A stretch of DNA of 64,000 nucleotides from Spirochaetota bacterium. Lineage in GTDB: Bacteria; Spirochaetota; UBA4802; JAFGDQ01. A program made the position numbers and the translations under genes. The notes under the pieces were generated by a model. The model worked only from the letters and a program-made list of their open reading frames with translations. It had not been told where the DNA came from and did no database searches. Location of the stretch: positions 12,863 through 76,862 of the forward strand of contig JAZDKB010000023.1 in NCBI GenBank assembly GCA_043803405.1. Direction: 5' to 3'. The first letter of the stretch is position 1. The number at the start of each line of letters is the position of its first letter. Positions 52,251-62,156 of this stretch are shown piece after piece.

Positions 52251-52645
52251 AGAATCAAACATGCAATTAAATCTGCTGCTCCCCGCCGTCTTTTTGCAGC
52301 AGTTTGATTGTGCAGTCGGGATTTAATTGATTTGCTAAAAGAGTCTGCATCGCGCGTCGAATATTTCAAAATATTCTGTTGATATTAACAAGCAAAGTAA
52401 ATCCGATTATCAATTTAACAAGCACACGAATATTTTAAAGCTGCAGAACATGTAACTGTTGCTGCAAAACCTCTTTTAATCCTGATACAATTTCTGCATT
52501 TGCCTTCCTATGGCACACATTCATTAAAGTTAAAAACTAGAAAAGGCTGAATAATTTCATAAATTATTCTTGAAATACTGGAGATAAGATTTCCTATATA
52601 GGAAAAGATATCTGACTGCGTATGCAGTCTAATAATATGCTAGGC
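52251..52645 (+). repeat. Array repeat copy 4 (~395 bp)
   Basis: Aligns with copies 1-3; ends GCTAGGC. Confidence 0.95.
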
Positions 52646-52863
52646 TGGCAATCCCAAAAAAATAGCATATTCTCGAATATGATTATTCCTTAAGATTAAA
52701 ACTCTACTAAAATTTAATTTTTATAATTCTTTCTATATCAGAGATATATTTATAATTTTTATTGCTTTTATTTTTTTGTTGACGATATTTAAACTGTGGT
52801 ATATATTTACTACATAGTAGTAAAATACCACAAATATAAACATATTTAAAAAAGGAGTAAGTT

Positions 52864-53229
52864 ATGAAATCTTTCGGGTTTTTTGTGAAAGATGCAAGAG
52901 TAGAACGAGGAATTACATTACGTGAGTTTTGTAGGATCAATAAATTGGATCCAAGTAATTGGAGCAAAATCGAACGGGGGGTTCTCCCTCCACCAAAAAG
53001 CAGGGAGGTGCTAAATGAAATCGCAAAGTCATTAAAACTGAAGACAGATTCTGAAGAGTATAATACTCTTTTCGATTTAGCTGCAATCAGCTACATTCCA
53101 AAAGAATTATTAACCAATCAGGAAGCATTAGATAAACTTCCAGTATTCTTCAGGACTTTACGTGGCGAGAAGCCAACAAGAAGTGAGCTAGAACAAATAT
53201 TAAAAATTATAAAAGATGATCATTCCTAA
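52864..53229 (+). CDS. XRE-family HTH regulator
   Basis: FG.FVK.AR...ITLREF...DPSNWSKIERG; RBS AAGGAG. Confidence 0.88.
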   Translation: MKSFGFFVKDARVERGITLREFCRINKLDPSNWSKIERGVLPPPKSREVLNEIAKSLKLKTDSEEYNTLFDLAAISYIPKELLTNQEALDKLPVFFRTLRGEKPTRSELEQILKIIKDDHS

Positions 53230-53243
53230 ACAGGAGGTAGTTA

Positions 53244-53864
53244 TTGTACAAGATTAAACCAAGAAAATTAAATTACCAATATATTAGAGAACAAGCAGAA
53301 AAATTCAGGCAAGAATACGTAGTCCCTACGAAAAAAATACCCGTCCCAATTATTGATATTGTAGAAATACAATTAAAAATAACACCTATCCCTATTCCAG
53401 GTCTCCTTCGCCTAATAGATGTCGATGGTTTTTTATCTAACGATTTAGAAAGCATTTATATTGATCAAAGTATTTATGAAGATTACAGGTATGAAAATAG
53501 ACTGAGATTTACTTATGCTCATGAGGTGGGTCATTTAATCCTGCACAAACAAGAAATACAACAGTGTAAATTTCGGAATGCCGATGAATGGATATCTTTT
53601 AGAGAAGATATGGACGAAGAAGATTTGTTTTTCTTTGAACAACAAGCATATGAATTTGCTGGAAGATTACTTGTACCTATAGATATTTTAACAAATGAAA
53701 TATCTTCCATGAAAGATAAAATTGATTTATTTCGTTCGAATTTTGATCATACAAATGGCGATGAAATGATAAAAGAAGCAATTTCGAGAATAATTTGCAA
53801 AAAATTTAATGTTTCTGAAAGCGTAATTTCAAAACGTATAAGAAACGAAAAAATTATAATTTAA
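53244..53864 (+). CDS. ImmA/IrrE-family metallopeptidase
   Basis: RLRFTYAHEVGH, EQQA.EFAGRLLVP. Confidence 0.9.
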   Translation: MYKIKPRKLNYQYIREQAEKFRQEYVVPTKKIPVPIIDIVEIQLKITPIPIPGLLRLIDVDGFLSNDLESIYIDQSIYEDYRYENRLRFTYAHEVGHLILHKQEIQQCKFRNADEWISFREDMDEEDLFFFEQQAYEFAGRLLVPIDILTNEISSMKDKIDLFRSNFDHTNGDEMIKEAISRIICKKFNVSESVISKRIRNEKIII

Positions 53865-53879
53865 TTAAGGGAGACGTAA

Positions 53880-54017
53880 ATGCCTAAAAAAGTTACAAGT
53901 AGCAAAGTTGCGAAAACTGCATCCAAAATTTTAAGAGATGGTAGAACTAGTAAAAGTTCGAAGTCTGTGGCTGCGAGTGCTTTATCTCAAAGAGAAAAAA
54001 GCAGAAGAAAGAAATAA
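53880..54017 (+). CDS. 45-aa basic small protein (below the ORF-track cutoff)
   Basis: MPKKVTSSKVAKTASKILRDGRTSKSSKSVAASALSQREKSRRKK*; RBS AAGGGAG. Confidence 0.7.
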   Translation: MPKKVTSSKVAKTASKILRDGRTSKSSKSVAASALSQREKSRRKK

Positions 54018-54041
54018 GTTTTTGTTACAAAAATTATATTA

Positions 54042-54091
54042 TCTAAAAAACATCTTAATCATTCTAACTATTCGGTTAAGATGTTTTTAGA
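54042..54091 (+). terminator. Hairpin after the HTH-ImmA-small ORF operon
   Basis: TCTAAAAAACATCTTAA / TTAAGATGTTTTTAGA followed by a T run. Confidence 0.55.
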
Positions 54092-54338
54092 TTTTTAAAT
54101 GATTTTCAGCACACAATTGAGCTTGTAAATGGAGATAATAAATAAATGCAAATGCCATCTACTATTCACCCCAAGACTTTCATTATAAATGGTTATGGTT
54201 TCAAAGTTATATCATATGCAAAACTTACAGATAGACAAGCTACGGAATGTTGTTGCCAGTACACGCAAGGCCGGTTGTACATATCGAAAGGCTTGAAATG
54301 GAAATATAGTAATTACTTACACGTAAATATTTATTTTT

Positions 54339-57300
54339 TTATAAAGTGCCTTCTATTACTTCGATTTCTTTCTTATCAAGTCCATAGAGTTTATAAACCA
54401 GTTCATCAATTTTTTTATCCGTATATTCAATGCGGTTTTTAAGCTGTTCCTGTTCTTGAGGGAGTTTACTATTCTGTAATTCTTTATTAAGTGAAAGCAT
54501 AGATTCAACTAGTTTAACAATATCATTATGAATTGACTTTTCAATTGGATTAGAAAAATCAATTGTCTTTATCGGAAATGGAGATAAATAATCAGTAGTA
54601 AATGTATAGTATCCACCACGTAAGACATACCCTGTTTTTTTTATGAAATACCACATTATTTTTGAATTAAATAATGCTAACCAAAAATATTTATTTTCTT
54701 CTCTGTCTTCATTAGGAATAAGGCTATATACTTTAGTATTATGGTAAATTCCTGCAGGGCAAATAGTCATATTACAACCTAAACTTGCATATGGTGTTAT
54801 AATTCTTTCTTGTTCAAATATATTCATGTCTCGGCTACGATGGCAAGAATACCAATATTTAGAATTTGTTTTTTGTCTTTCTCTTATTTCGAATTGTTCT
54901 TTTTTAAATTCATGCAAATATTTATAACCCTTAGGAAATAATGTTGCTAATTCATTCTCTTCAAGAATAACGGTTTTTTCTTTCTCAACTTTATATGGAT
55001 AAATAATATAATTATCATATACTGGTTCCTGGAACCTTTTTACATTATTACCCATCGCAAGAGGTTTTACTAATTTTTTCTCAATTATTATTTCTTTTTG
55101 TATTTTGTCAGAAAATAATTTAATGTACTTATTATCAATATCATCAATAAACCCCAGAATATGTACTTCATCAATACCTGATTGTATACCAACCATAATA
55201 GTTCCAAAAATATCTTTTAAAGTATATGGCATATTTATTTTATCGAGAATACTTTTTGAACGCGATGAAGTTAATATCCAAGCCGATGTGGTAAAATTAT
55301 TTAAATTATAAGTAGCGAAATCATTATCGGTAAGTTTATATAATTGATTCGGTAATTCAGTTTTATAATCTTCTGTGAACTCATAGTAATTGAATTCTTC
55401 ATTTTTTTCTTTTGTTAAAAATAATAATCCTGTATAAGTTGAAGCTTGTTCAAAAACTAGATTATGACCTAAATTGATTAATTTCTTTATGGCTTTATTA
55501 CTTAATAAAAATTTTCTTATCCCAGAACCAAAATCAGAATTAATGAATTTATGCGGACAGATATATCCGAGTAAACCTTCATTTTTTATAAGTTTAAAAC
55601 CTTTTTCAATAAATAATAGATACAAATCATATCTTTTAACTGCACTTGTATATTTCTGTTCAAAATATTCTAACTGGTTATTATAATTCTCTTGGAGTCC
55701 CTGAATTCTTAAATACGGCGGATTCCCGATCACAACATCAAATCCGCCCTGCCTGAATACTTCAGGAAATGATTGCTCCCAGTTAAAAGGCTTTATCTTC
55801 TTATCTTCATTTGGCTCAAAATCAAGTTGCCCCTCATAAAAATCAAAATCAATCAGCGAATTCCCGCATTTTATGTTATCTTCAAGATTCGGCAAAACCC
55901 TTTCTTTAAACAAAGTCATCTGCTCATTAACAGAAGCTTCCGTTTCTCCCTCAAGACACTTTAAAAGCAAGCTAAGCTTAGTGACCTCAACAGCCTGCGT
56001 GTCAATGTCTACGCCGAATATATTATTCGTAAGGATCCTTTTCTTCTCTGCTGTGGTTAATTTCCCGTCAGGTGTTAAAGGGCTTTTTTTATTTTTCTTA
56101 TTATCGTTATTAGCAATGTAGTAATAAAGATGGTAATTCAACAAATACTGATAAGCCCCAAGAAGAAAAGAACCGCTTCCGCACGCAGGGTCAAGAATCC
56201 TGATTTTAGATATTTGTTCCGGCGTTTTGTTTTCAATCAGCTTGCCGACGGTGTTCTTAACTATATATTCAACAATGTATTGAGGCGTATAGTAAACACC
56301 TCCTGCCTTGCGTACTTCAGGTTTAACTTCAACCTTTGCATGGTGTCCGCTTGTGAGACGTATTACGCTGCCAAGAAATTGCTCATAAGAATTTCCAAGA
56401 ATCTCAACAGGAATAACGGAAAATTCATACGGACTTTCCGGATAGTACATTTCCGAAATCATGGACTTCAGTATTTTATCGTCTATGGCAATCGAGTTGG
56501 ATAATTTATCTTTATTGAAGTCAAAAAGGCCGGAATTATATTTGTCATCTGCATACTGGAAATACCGGAAAAGCTTTTCGTAAATTGAGCCTGTATTTAT
56601 TAAATTTTTCAAATAGCCGTAAGGTTCAATCTTTCTGTCTTCACAGATACGAAGAAAAATGAGCCTGTCAATAGTCTGCTGCACAGTAAAATTTATCTCA
56701 TCCTCCTTGAGTTTGTCATTACGTATAGCAATATTGAGAGCAAGCGATTTGCGCCACTCTTCCATTGATTTCAGGAATTCACTGTCAACGGATGACGTCC
56801 CTTTTTTATTTAAATCTGATACTGCAAATTTATCAAATCTGCCCTTTAAAATATTATCTTTTGCAAACGTGTCGTATAGAAAATCAAGTTCCCGGATATA
56901 TTCCTTATAAGTAATGTATTTTATCCTGGCAACGGAGGCTTTATCTGTCAGGTTTGGCTTTTTTGTGCAGTCGTAAATCGCGAATTCGTGGAAATCGGTA
57001 ATTATGGAGATAGGCAGTTTCGCGCTCCAGCCGTATCTGCGTATCTGGTAAGCGGGAGCAGCAGATTCTTTTATTTCCACGCTTGGTTTTTTCGCTTCAA
57101 CGTAAAACTTTTTTTGCCCGTATATAGTAAAACAATAATCAGGCGCTTTTATGCTTTCATCTATTCTTATTTTATCCTCATGAATTACTTCGCGGTAAGC
57201 TTCAGCAAGGCTTTGTTCATTATCAATGTCCCAGCCCAGCGCTTTAAAAAACGGGTCAATGAAATCCCTGCGGGTTTTAGTCTCGTTATATTCGGAGTTT

Positions 57301-57374
57301 GTGTACGACTCTTTATGTTCTTCAAAACGATTTACTAATTCAGTTATTTTCTCTAATGCAATCTCTTTGCTCAT
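54339..57374 (-). CDS. Type IIG restriction-modification enzyme (nuclease + N6-adenine MTase + TRD)
   Basis: PDY...VEAKK nuclease motif, GVYYTP, DPACGSG, GNPPY; 1011 aa. Confidence 0.92.
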   Translation of the reverse strand: MSKEIALEKITELVNRFEEHKESYTNSEYNETKTRRDFIDPFFKALGWDIDNEQSLAEAYREVIHEDKIRIDESIKAPDYCFTIYGQKKFYVEAKKPSVEIKESAAPAYQIRRYGWSAKLPISIITDFHEFAIYDCTKKPNLTDKASVARIKYITYKEYIRELDFLYDTFAKDNILKGRFDKFAVSDLNKKGTSSVDSEFLKSMEEWRKSLALNIAIRNDKLKEDEINFTVQQTIDRLIFLRICEDRKIEPYGYLKNLINTGSIYEKLFRYFQYADDKYNSGLFDFNKDKLSNSIAIDDKILKSMISEMYYPESPYEFSVIPVEILGNSYEQFLGSVIRLTSGHHAKVEVKPEVRKAGGVYYTPQYIVEYIVKNTVGKLIENKTPEQISKIRILDPACGSGSFLLGAYQYLLNYHLYYYIANNDNKKNKKSPLTPDGKLTTAEKKRILTNNIFGVDIDTQAVEVTKLSLLLKCLEGETEASVNEQMTLFKERVLPNLEDNIKCGNSLIDFDFYEGQLDFEPNEDKKIKPFNWEQSFPEVFRQGGFDVVIGNPPYLRIQGLQENYNNQLEYFEQKYTSAVKRYDLYLLFIEKGFKLIKNEGLLGYICPHKFINSDFGSGIRKFLLSNKAIKKLINLGHNLVFEQASTYTGLLFLTKEKNEEFNYYEFTEDYKTELPNQLYKLTDNDFATYNLNNFTTSAWILTSSRSKSILDKINMPYTLKDIFGTIMVGIQSGIDEVHILGFIDDIDNKYIKLFSDKIQKEIIIEKKLVKPLAMGNNVKRFQEPVYDNYIIYPYKVEKEKTVILEENELATLFPKGYKYLHEFKKEQFEIRERQKTNSKYWYSCHRSRDMNIFEQERIITPYASLGCNMTICPAGIYHNTKVYSLIPNEDREENKYFWLALFNSKIMWYFIKKTGYVLRGGYYTFTTDYLSPFPIKTIDFSNPIEKSIHNDIVKLVESMLSLNKELQNSKLPQEQEQLKNRIEYTDKKIDELVYKLYGLDKKEIEVIEGTL

Positions 57375-57504
57375 AGTATGTCCGTTTCGATTGACAATAT
57401 AGTTCCTGTATTTGTATTGTTTGTTTTAACTAAACTCAATAAAAGGAAATAAAGCGTTGTTTAATTTAAAAAAGCAATGAAAATAATTTTCTTTAAACGC
57501 CTTT

Positions 57505-57581
57505 ATTGTTTCCCCTTCCAAGCCGGTGCCCCCTTTGGGGGATAGGGGGTTAAATGCAAAAGGCTTAACTTAATGACATTG
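57505..57581 (-). mobile_element. 77-bp IS-end/MITE-like segment, inverted copy of 63848-63924
   Basis: 76/77 identical to the reverse complement of 63848-63924; terminus CTTAACTTAATGACATTG. Confidence 0.8.
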
Positions 57582-57686
57582 CCCTAACCCCGTGCGAAGC
57601 CTCCCGTGGGACTCTCTGCTTCGCAAAGAGGGGGCTTTTTACCCCCTTCTCTCATTTTTAAGAGAAGGGGGATAGGGGGATGAGTT
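57582..57686. repeat. REP-like palindromic element (CCCCCTTCTCT / AGAGAAGGGGG type)
   Basis: cccccttctct...agagaagggggatagggggatgagtt; its end recurs inverted at 63831-63848. Confidence 0.7.
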
Positions 57687-57780
57687 TAAAAATTGTTGCC
57701 GGAAATAAAAATTTGTTTAATGTAATGACATTGGGATTGATCCAGGCAATTCATGCAAGTCATGTGCTGCAACCGATGAA

Positions 57781-57845
57781 GTAGGGGGCAGACCCATGTG
57801 TCTGCCCATTTTTATATTGCTGACACACAGAGGCGTCTGCCCCAT
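57781..57845. repeat. GTAG-family REP-like sequence
   Basis: GTAGGGGGCAGACCCATGTGTCTGCCC with a degenerate partner downstream. Confidence 0.65.
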
Positions 57846-57894
57846 TTTTTTAAAGTTTTGATGACATTAAAAGTAAAAAGTCAATTGTAACAGC

Positions 57895-59241
57895 TTATCT
57901 TTGAATCAGGTTCTGCGCAGCTGCAAGCACGGAATCCCATACAGGCGAGAACGGAGGCGCATAGCCCAGATCCAGGTAAGCAAAGTCCTCTATTTTCATC
58001 TTAGCAGCAATGGCTGTTGCCGCTATGTTCGTTCTCAAAGCTGATCCGTCCTCTCCTGCTGTCTGGCAGCCTATAAGCTCGCGCGTGTCTGTGTTTATAG
58101 TCAGCTTAACGAAAATTTTTTTTACTCCCGGATAATAGTCTGCTCTAGAACGTCCTTCAACGCCGGACGATTTTGCGTTAATTCCGCTTCTCTTCGCATC
58201 AGCTTCCGAAAGCCCTGTTTTTCCCAGTTCAAGATCGAATACTTTAATAAGCTGGCTTCCTACAACGCCTTTAAATTTTTCTGTGCGTATTCCGGCAGCC
58301 TGTAAACCTGCAACCCGCCCCTGTTTGTTGGATGTGTTCCCGAGCGGGATATAAACATCCTCATTAAGAATAAGATGCTTTACTGTAGCGCAGTCTCCTG
58401 CCGAGTAGACATCGGGAATATTTGTTTCCGATCTTTCATTGATTATTATCGCGCCGCGCTCAGTCATTTTAAGACCGGTTCCTTTCAGAAAGTCGGTATT
58501 CGGTCTTATTCCTACTGACGCGATTATAAAGTCAGCCTGCACAGATTCATTATCCAGATGAACTATAAGCCTGCCGTTATCATAAGTGATCTCATTCAGG
58601 TTTACTTTTGTTTTAACAGTAACGCTGTTTTTCTTTAATTCCTGTTTAACGAGGTCGCGTATTTCCTGGTCAAAGGCAAGGGCAATATCATCCATCTTTT
58701 CCAGCATTACGGTTTCAATGCCCAGGGTCCTGAGCGATTCTGCCATTTCAAGCCCTATTGCTCCTCCGCCAATTATAACTCCTTTAGCAGGTTTGTTTGC
58801 CAGAATATAATTTTTTATCGCAAGGCCTTCGTTCAGGTTGCGGAGCGGAAAAATATTCGGATTATTAATTCCTTTAATCGGCGGTATAACAGCCATTGCC
58901 CCTGTCGCAATTACAAGCTTGTTATATGTATATGTTTCGCTGCGGTCTTTGTGTTTTACTTCCACCTGTTTTTTATCGAACAATACTTTTTCAACAGACG
59001 ACTCTGTAAATATCTGAATGTTGCGATCCTTTGCAAATTCATCTTTATTTATTGCCAGAAGTTTTTTCTGATCTGTTATTAAGTCGCTAATATAATATGG
59101 CATGCCGCAAGCGGCGTAAGAAACAAAACTATTCCTTTCGAATACACCTATGGATATATCTTTTTTTATTCTGCGCGCCTGCGAGGCTGCGCTCATGCCT
59201 GCGGCAACGCCGCCTACTATTAAAAGGTCAAAGTGTTGCAT
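57895..59241 (-). CDS. CoA-disulfide reductase / NADH oxidase family flavoprotein
   Basis: GGVAAG, SYAACG (redox Cys), GGGAIGLE, AGDC, YAPPFS. Confidence 0.92.
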   Translation of the reverse strand: MQHFDLLIVGGVAAGMSAASQARRIKKDISIGVFERNSFVSYAACGMPYYISDLITDQKKLLAINKDEFAKDRNIQIFTESSVEKVLFDKKQVEVKHKDRSETYTYNKLVIATGAMAVIPPIKGINNPNIFPLRNLNEGLAIKNYILANKPAKGVIIGGGAIGLEMAESLRTLGIETVMLEKMDDIALAFDQEIRDLVKQELKKNSVTVKTKVNLNEITYDNGRLIVHLDNESVQADFIIASVGIRPNTDFLKGTGLKMTERGAIIINERSETNIPDVYSAGDCATVKHLILNEDVYIPLGNTSNKQGRVAGLQAAGIRTEKFKGVVGSQLIKVFDLELGKTGLSEADAKRSGINAKSSGVEGRSRADYYPGVKKIFVKLTINTDTRELIGCQTAGEDGSALRTNIAATAIAAKMKIEDFAYLDLGYAPPFSPVWDSVLAAAQNLIQR

Positions 59242-59393
59242 CTTCCGCCCCGTTATGTTAAAATATTTTTTTTGTTTTACATGTCATAAAGTTGATGGGG
59301 TTTTCTCAAAAGAATGCCACGGAGACACAGAGTCTCCGTGTCTTAGCGGCAAATTTTTTATTATGAGACGCCCCCATTATTGTGCCGGATAAA

Positions 59394-59690
59394 TCAGTCG
59401 GCTCTTCCCTTTCTCTGCCTTGGGCCTTTTGAGCAAAATTCTTCTTTCGAAAGAAATCCGTCTTTATCAGTGTCCTTTGCTTTGAAAACATCCTCTGCAT
59501 TGCCGCGCGGATGTTTTACAGTCATAAACTCTTTCAAACTCACTTTGCCGTCTTTATCGGCATCCATACTTGCGAAGTTCTCTTCGCATTTCATCATAGG
59601 CCTGGATCGCTGCTGGGCAGATACGTAGCTGATACTGCAAATAAATGCAGCAATAAATGCGATCCCAAAAAGTATTCTCAGGTAGTTCAT
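59394..59690 (-). CDS. Secreted EF-hand protein
   Basis: DADKDGKVSLKE and DTDKDGFLSKEE; signal peptide. Confidence 0.85.
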   Translation of the reverse strand: MNYLRILFGIAFIAAFICSISYVSAQQRSRPMMKCEENFASMDADKDGKVSLKEFMTVKHPRGNAEDVFKAKDTDKDGFLSKEEFCSKGPRQRKGRAD

Positions 59691-59795
59691 AATTATCCCT
59701 CCAAAAATTAATTATATGATAGAACCATGGCGCTGCTTGATTAACAATAGAAATGATACGATATATATTTTATAAAGTAAAATAAAATTTTATTT

Positions 59796-60899
59796 TTATC
59801 GCTGGGACCTTTTCCCTGATCTTATATTATTGCGCATCTCTTTTTGAATCTGTCTATTTTCATTTCGGATTTCTGTTTTGCTTTGTTTGACCTCATCTGA
59901 TTTTTGTTTATCCTGTGATGAGATATTATTATCCGATGTGTTTTCTTTATAATCCTGATCCTGATTATTAATCATTTCAGTGGATTTATTTTTTACATCG
60001 TTCATTAACTTTATCTCATTTGCTTTGTTAAACAGAATATTAAACTGCTTTAGTTCGTTTTCGGAACTGATATTTATTTTTTGCAAAGTAGTATCTGCAA
60101 TGCAGCCTTCGCCTTTTGTCAGCACGATACTTTTTTCTTCTGCTTTTAATGTTGCGCGTACTGTCCCGTCCAGTACAGACAGCTTTGATGTTATATTATC
60201 CGATGAAATTATAAAGCCGGTGCCAAGCGCCTCGTAAACAGCGTGTTTTGTTGTTATAGTAAACTTTTTACTCACATTATGCACGGATTCCGCAAATACA
60301 GTGCCGCTTCTCATGTCAATGGAAATAATATACCTTGTACTGTCAATTCCGGTGTTTTCACGAGCTTCTTTAATATCCAGCTCAGTGTTTTCAGCTATCT
60401 TTATTGATAAAACTGTGTCAATGCCAAGCGCAGCAGAAGAAAACTCTTTTGTTTTAATAATGCCGGAATTAATAAATATATTATCTTTTTGTAATGGCGC
60501 ATCGTTATGCAGAGTGATGCCGTTATGCTGTGTAAGCGCAAGCATTACGTCTTTCGAAACTGTCTGCGGTTTTTGGATTATGTAGATAATTGCTGAAAGT
60601 ACGATTATTAAAGAAACAGATACGAACATAACAGGACGCGTAAGAATTGATCTGAATGAAAACCGGCCGCGCATTTTATTTTCTGCTTCGGTCGCTAAAC
60701 TAATAACGCGGCTTTTAATATGCGGAGAAGGCGCGAGCGCGGAATTATCCGACATTTTCAGAATGACATTCAGAGATCTGACTGTGCCTTTGCACTCTTC
60801 ACATCCGATTATGTGAGCAGCAACAGCTTCAGTATCTTTTTCATTTAAAGCATGTAAAGAAAAATCGATAAGCTGTTTTTTGTCAGGATGATTCTTCAT
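59796..60899 (-). CDS. Anti-sigma factor (zf-HC2 + TM + FecR-like)
   Basis: HIIGCEEC, TM helix, ALGT.F, VLDGTV. Confidence 0.85.
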   Translation of the reverse strand: MKNHPDKKQLIDFSLHALNEKDTEAVAAHIIGCEECKGTVRSLNVILKMSDNSALAPSPHIKSRVISLATEAENKMRGRFSFRSILTRPVMFVSVSLIIVLSAIIYIIQKPQTVSKDVMLALTQHNGITLHNDAPLQKDNIFINSGIIKTKEFSSAALGIDTVLSIKIAENTELDIKEARENTGIDSTRYIISIDMRSGTVFAESVHNVSKKFTITTKHAVYEALGTGFIISSDNITSKLSVLDGTVRATLKAEEKSIVLTKGEGCIADTTLQKINISSENELKQFNILFNKANEIKLMNDVKNKSTEMINNQDQDYKENTSDNNISSQDKQKSDEVKQSKTEIRNENRQIQKEMRNNIRSGKRSQR

Positions 60900-60922
60900 A
60901 TTAATAAATATCCTTCATTTAC

Positions 60923-61480
60923 TTATACAATCGGGTAAGCAATCTGTGACACTTTTATCAGTATAAATAATAAAATAAAACCGCTTTCTTTAAGAGCAGC
61001 ATGCAGATACGAAAGCGCCTTTTGCATTTTTCTTCTGACTGTTCTTTCGGATTTGCCTGTGCTTTCCGCAATCTCGTCAATATTCATATTGTTTTCTTTT
61101 TTCATAATAAAGATTGATCTTGTCAGCGGGTCCAGCTTTTCAAGAAGATCGTATATTTTTTTTTCAAGTTCGCAGGCTTGAATTTCGTCAGCATTGTTAT
61201 TTACCGCTGAGGTATGCGGATCTTGTTCTGCCTGCACAAAAGTTATGTGCGATTCTTTTTTCCTGTAATTAATGCAGAGATTATGAGCTGTCCTGTATAA
61301 AAATGCCCTTACCCTGTTTTTGTCGATCTCATGTTTTTGTGAGTAGATTATCAGATTATGAAAGGTATCCTGTAAAATATCCTCGGACGCTTCATCGGAG
61401 CGGGTATATCTATTAATATAAATATAGAGTTCTTTGCTATACAGTTCATATAATTCTGTAATTAATTTTTCTGATGTCAT
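60923..61480 (-). CDS. ECF RNA polymerase sigma factor (start trimmed to 61480)
   Basis: SEDILQDTF, FLYRTAHN, EIAE..G.SERTV; the longer start overlaps the divergent gene. Confidence 0.9.
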   Translation of the reverse strand: MTSEKLITELYELYSKELYIYINRYTRSDEASEDILQDTFHNLIIYSQKHEIDKNRVRAFLYRTAHNLCINYRKKESHITFVQAEQDPHTSAVNNNADEIQACELEKKIYDLLEKLDPLTRSIFIMKKENNMNIDEIAESTGKSERTVRRKMQKALSYLHAALKESGFILLFILIKVSQIAYPIV

Positions 61481-61566
61481 AAAAAATGTGACCGGATTGT
61501 CAAACTGGATTGTATTACATGATGTCGTGAGAGACAACAAATATAATACTTTCAAGGAGGCAGTCA

Positions 61567-61929
61567 ATGAAAAAATATTTATCATTGATAGTTGTTCTTT
61601 TTTTCAGTTTATCTGTTGCGGCTTATTCCCAGGACAAGGATAAAGTTCAGGATAAGTTAAAAGAAAAAGATCAGTTTAAAAAGCAGGATCAACTTAAGGA
61701 GAAGGACCAGTTAAAAGAACAGGACAGGCTAAGGGAGCGTGATCGTTTAAAAGAAAAGGATCAGCTTAAAAAACAGGAGAAAAAGCAGATAAAAGCTCAG
61801 GATAAGACTCAGAGTAAAGAACAGAAACGCGAGCAGCTTAAGGAGCAGAAAGAAACAAAAAAAGAATTGAAACAGCAGGTTAAAGATCAGAAGCGTGATC
61901 AGCAAAAAGAGATTAGCGGAAAAAAATAA
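61567..61929 (+). CDS. Secreted low-complexity protein with 6-aa repeats
   Basis: Signal peptide then (K/Q/R)D(Q/R/K)L(K/R)E-type repeats; RBS AAGGAGG. Confidence 0.8.
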   Translation: MKKYLSLIVVLFFSLSVAAYSQDKDKVQDKLKEKDQFKKQDQLKEKDQLKEQDRLRERDRLKEKDQLKKQEKKQIKAQDKTQSKEQKREQLKEQKETKKELKQQVKDQKRDQQKEISGKK

Positions 61930-61992
61930 ATATTGTATACAAATGAAAATCAGCAGGATAAAGTAATGCTGATAAACAAATTTTCTTTTGCG

Positions 61993-62021
61993 AAGGGGCG
62001 AACAAACGGATTCGCCCTTTC
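61993..62021. terminator. Hairpin downstream of the repeat-protein gene
   Basis: GAAGGGGCGAA / TTCGCCCTTTC. Confidence 0.4.
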
Positions 62022-62156
62022 GGGGTTTCCGGTTGTGGTTCTGATTATGAGAAACGAAGATATCAGGTTTGGTTCTAAAACTTTTTTTTGTTTCATTTAT
62101 AAATACATACTTAAATTGTTTTTGAAAATATGAGAGATGCATAAAAGATAGTTAAT

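Noticed and set aside
47724..52307. Short ORFs inside or overlapping the repeats (47724, 47906, 49024, 50928, 52110)
   Set aside because: Frames are not conserved between copies because of indels and stops; treated as non-coding.
47772..52645. CRISPR array
   Set aside because: Repeats are 285-400 bp, the spacers are whole genes, and no cas genes are present.
54146..54442. 98-aa ORF
   Set aside because: Overlaps the R-M gene end on the opposite strand and has no recognisable family; at most a remnant.
61930..62156. Riboswitch, or ORFs 61933/61747
   Set aside because: Only a simple hairpin is visible, with no recognisable aptamer motif; the ORFs look like shadows.
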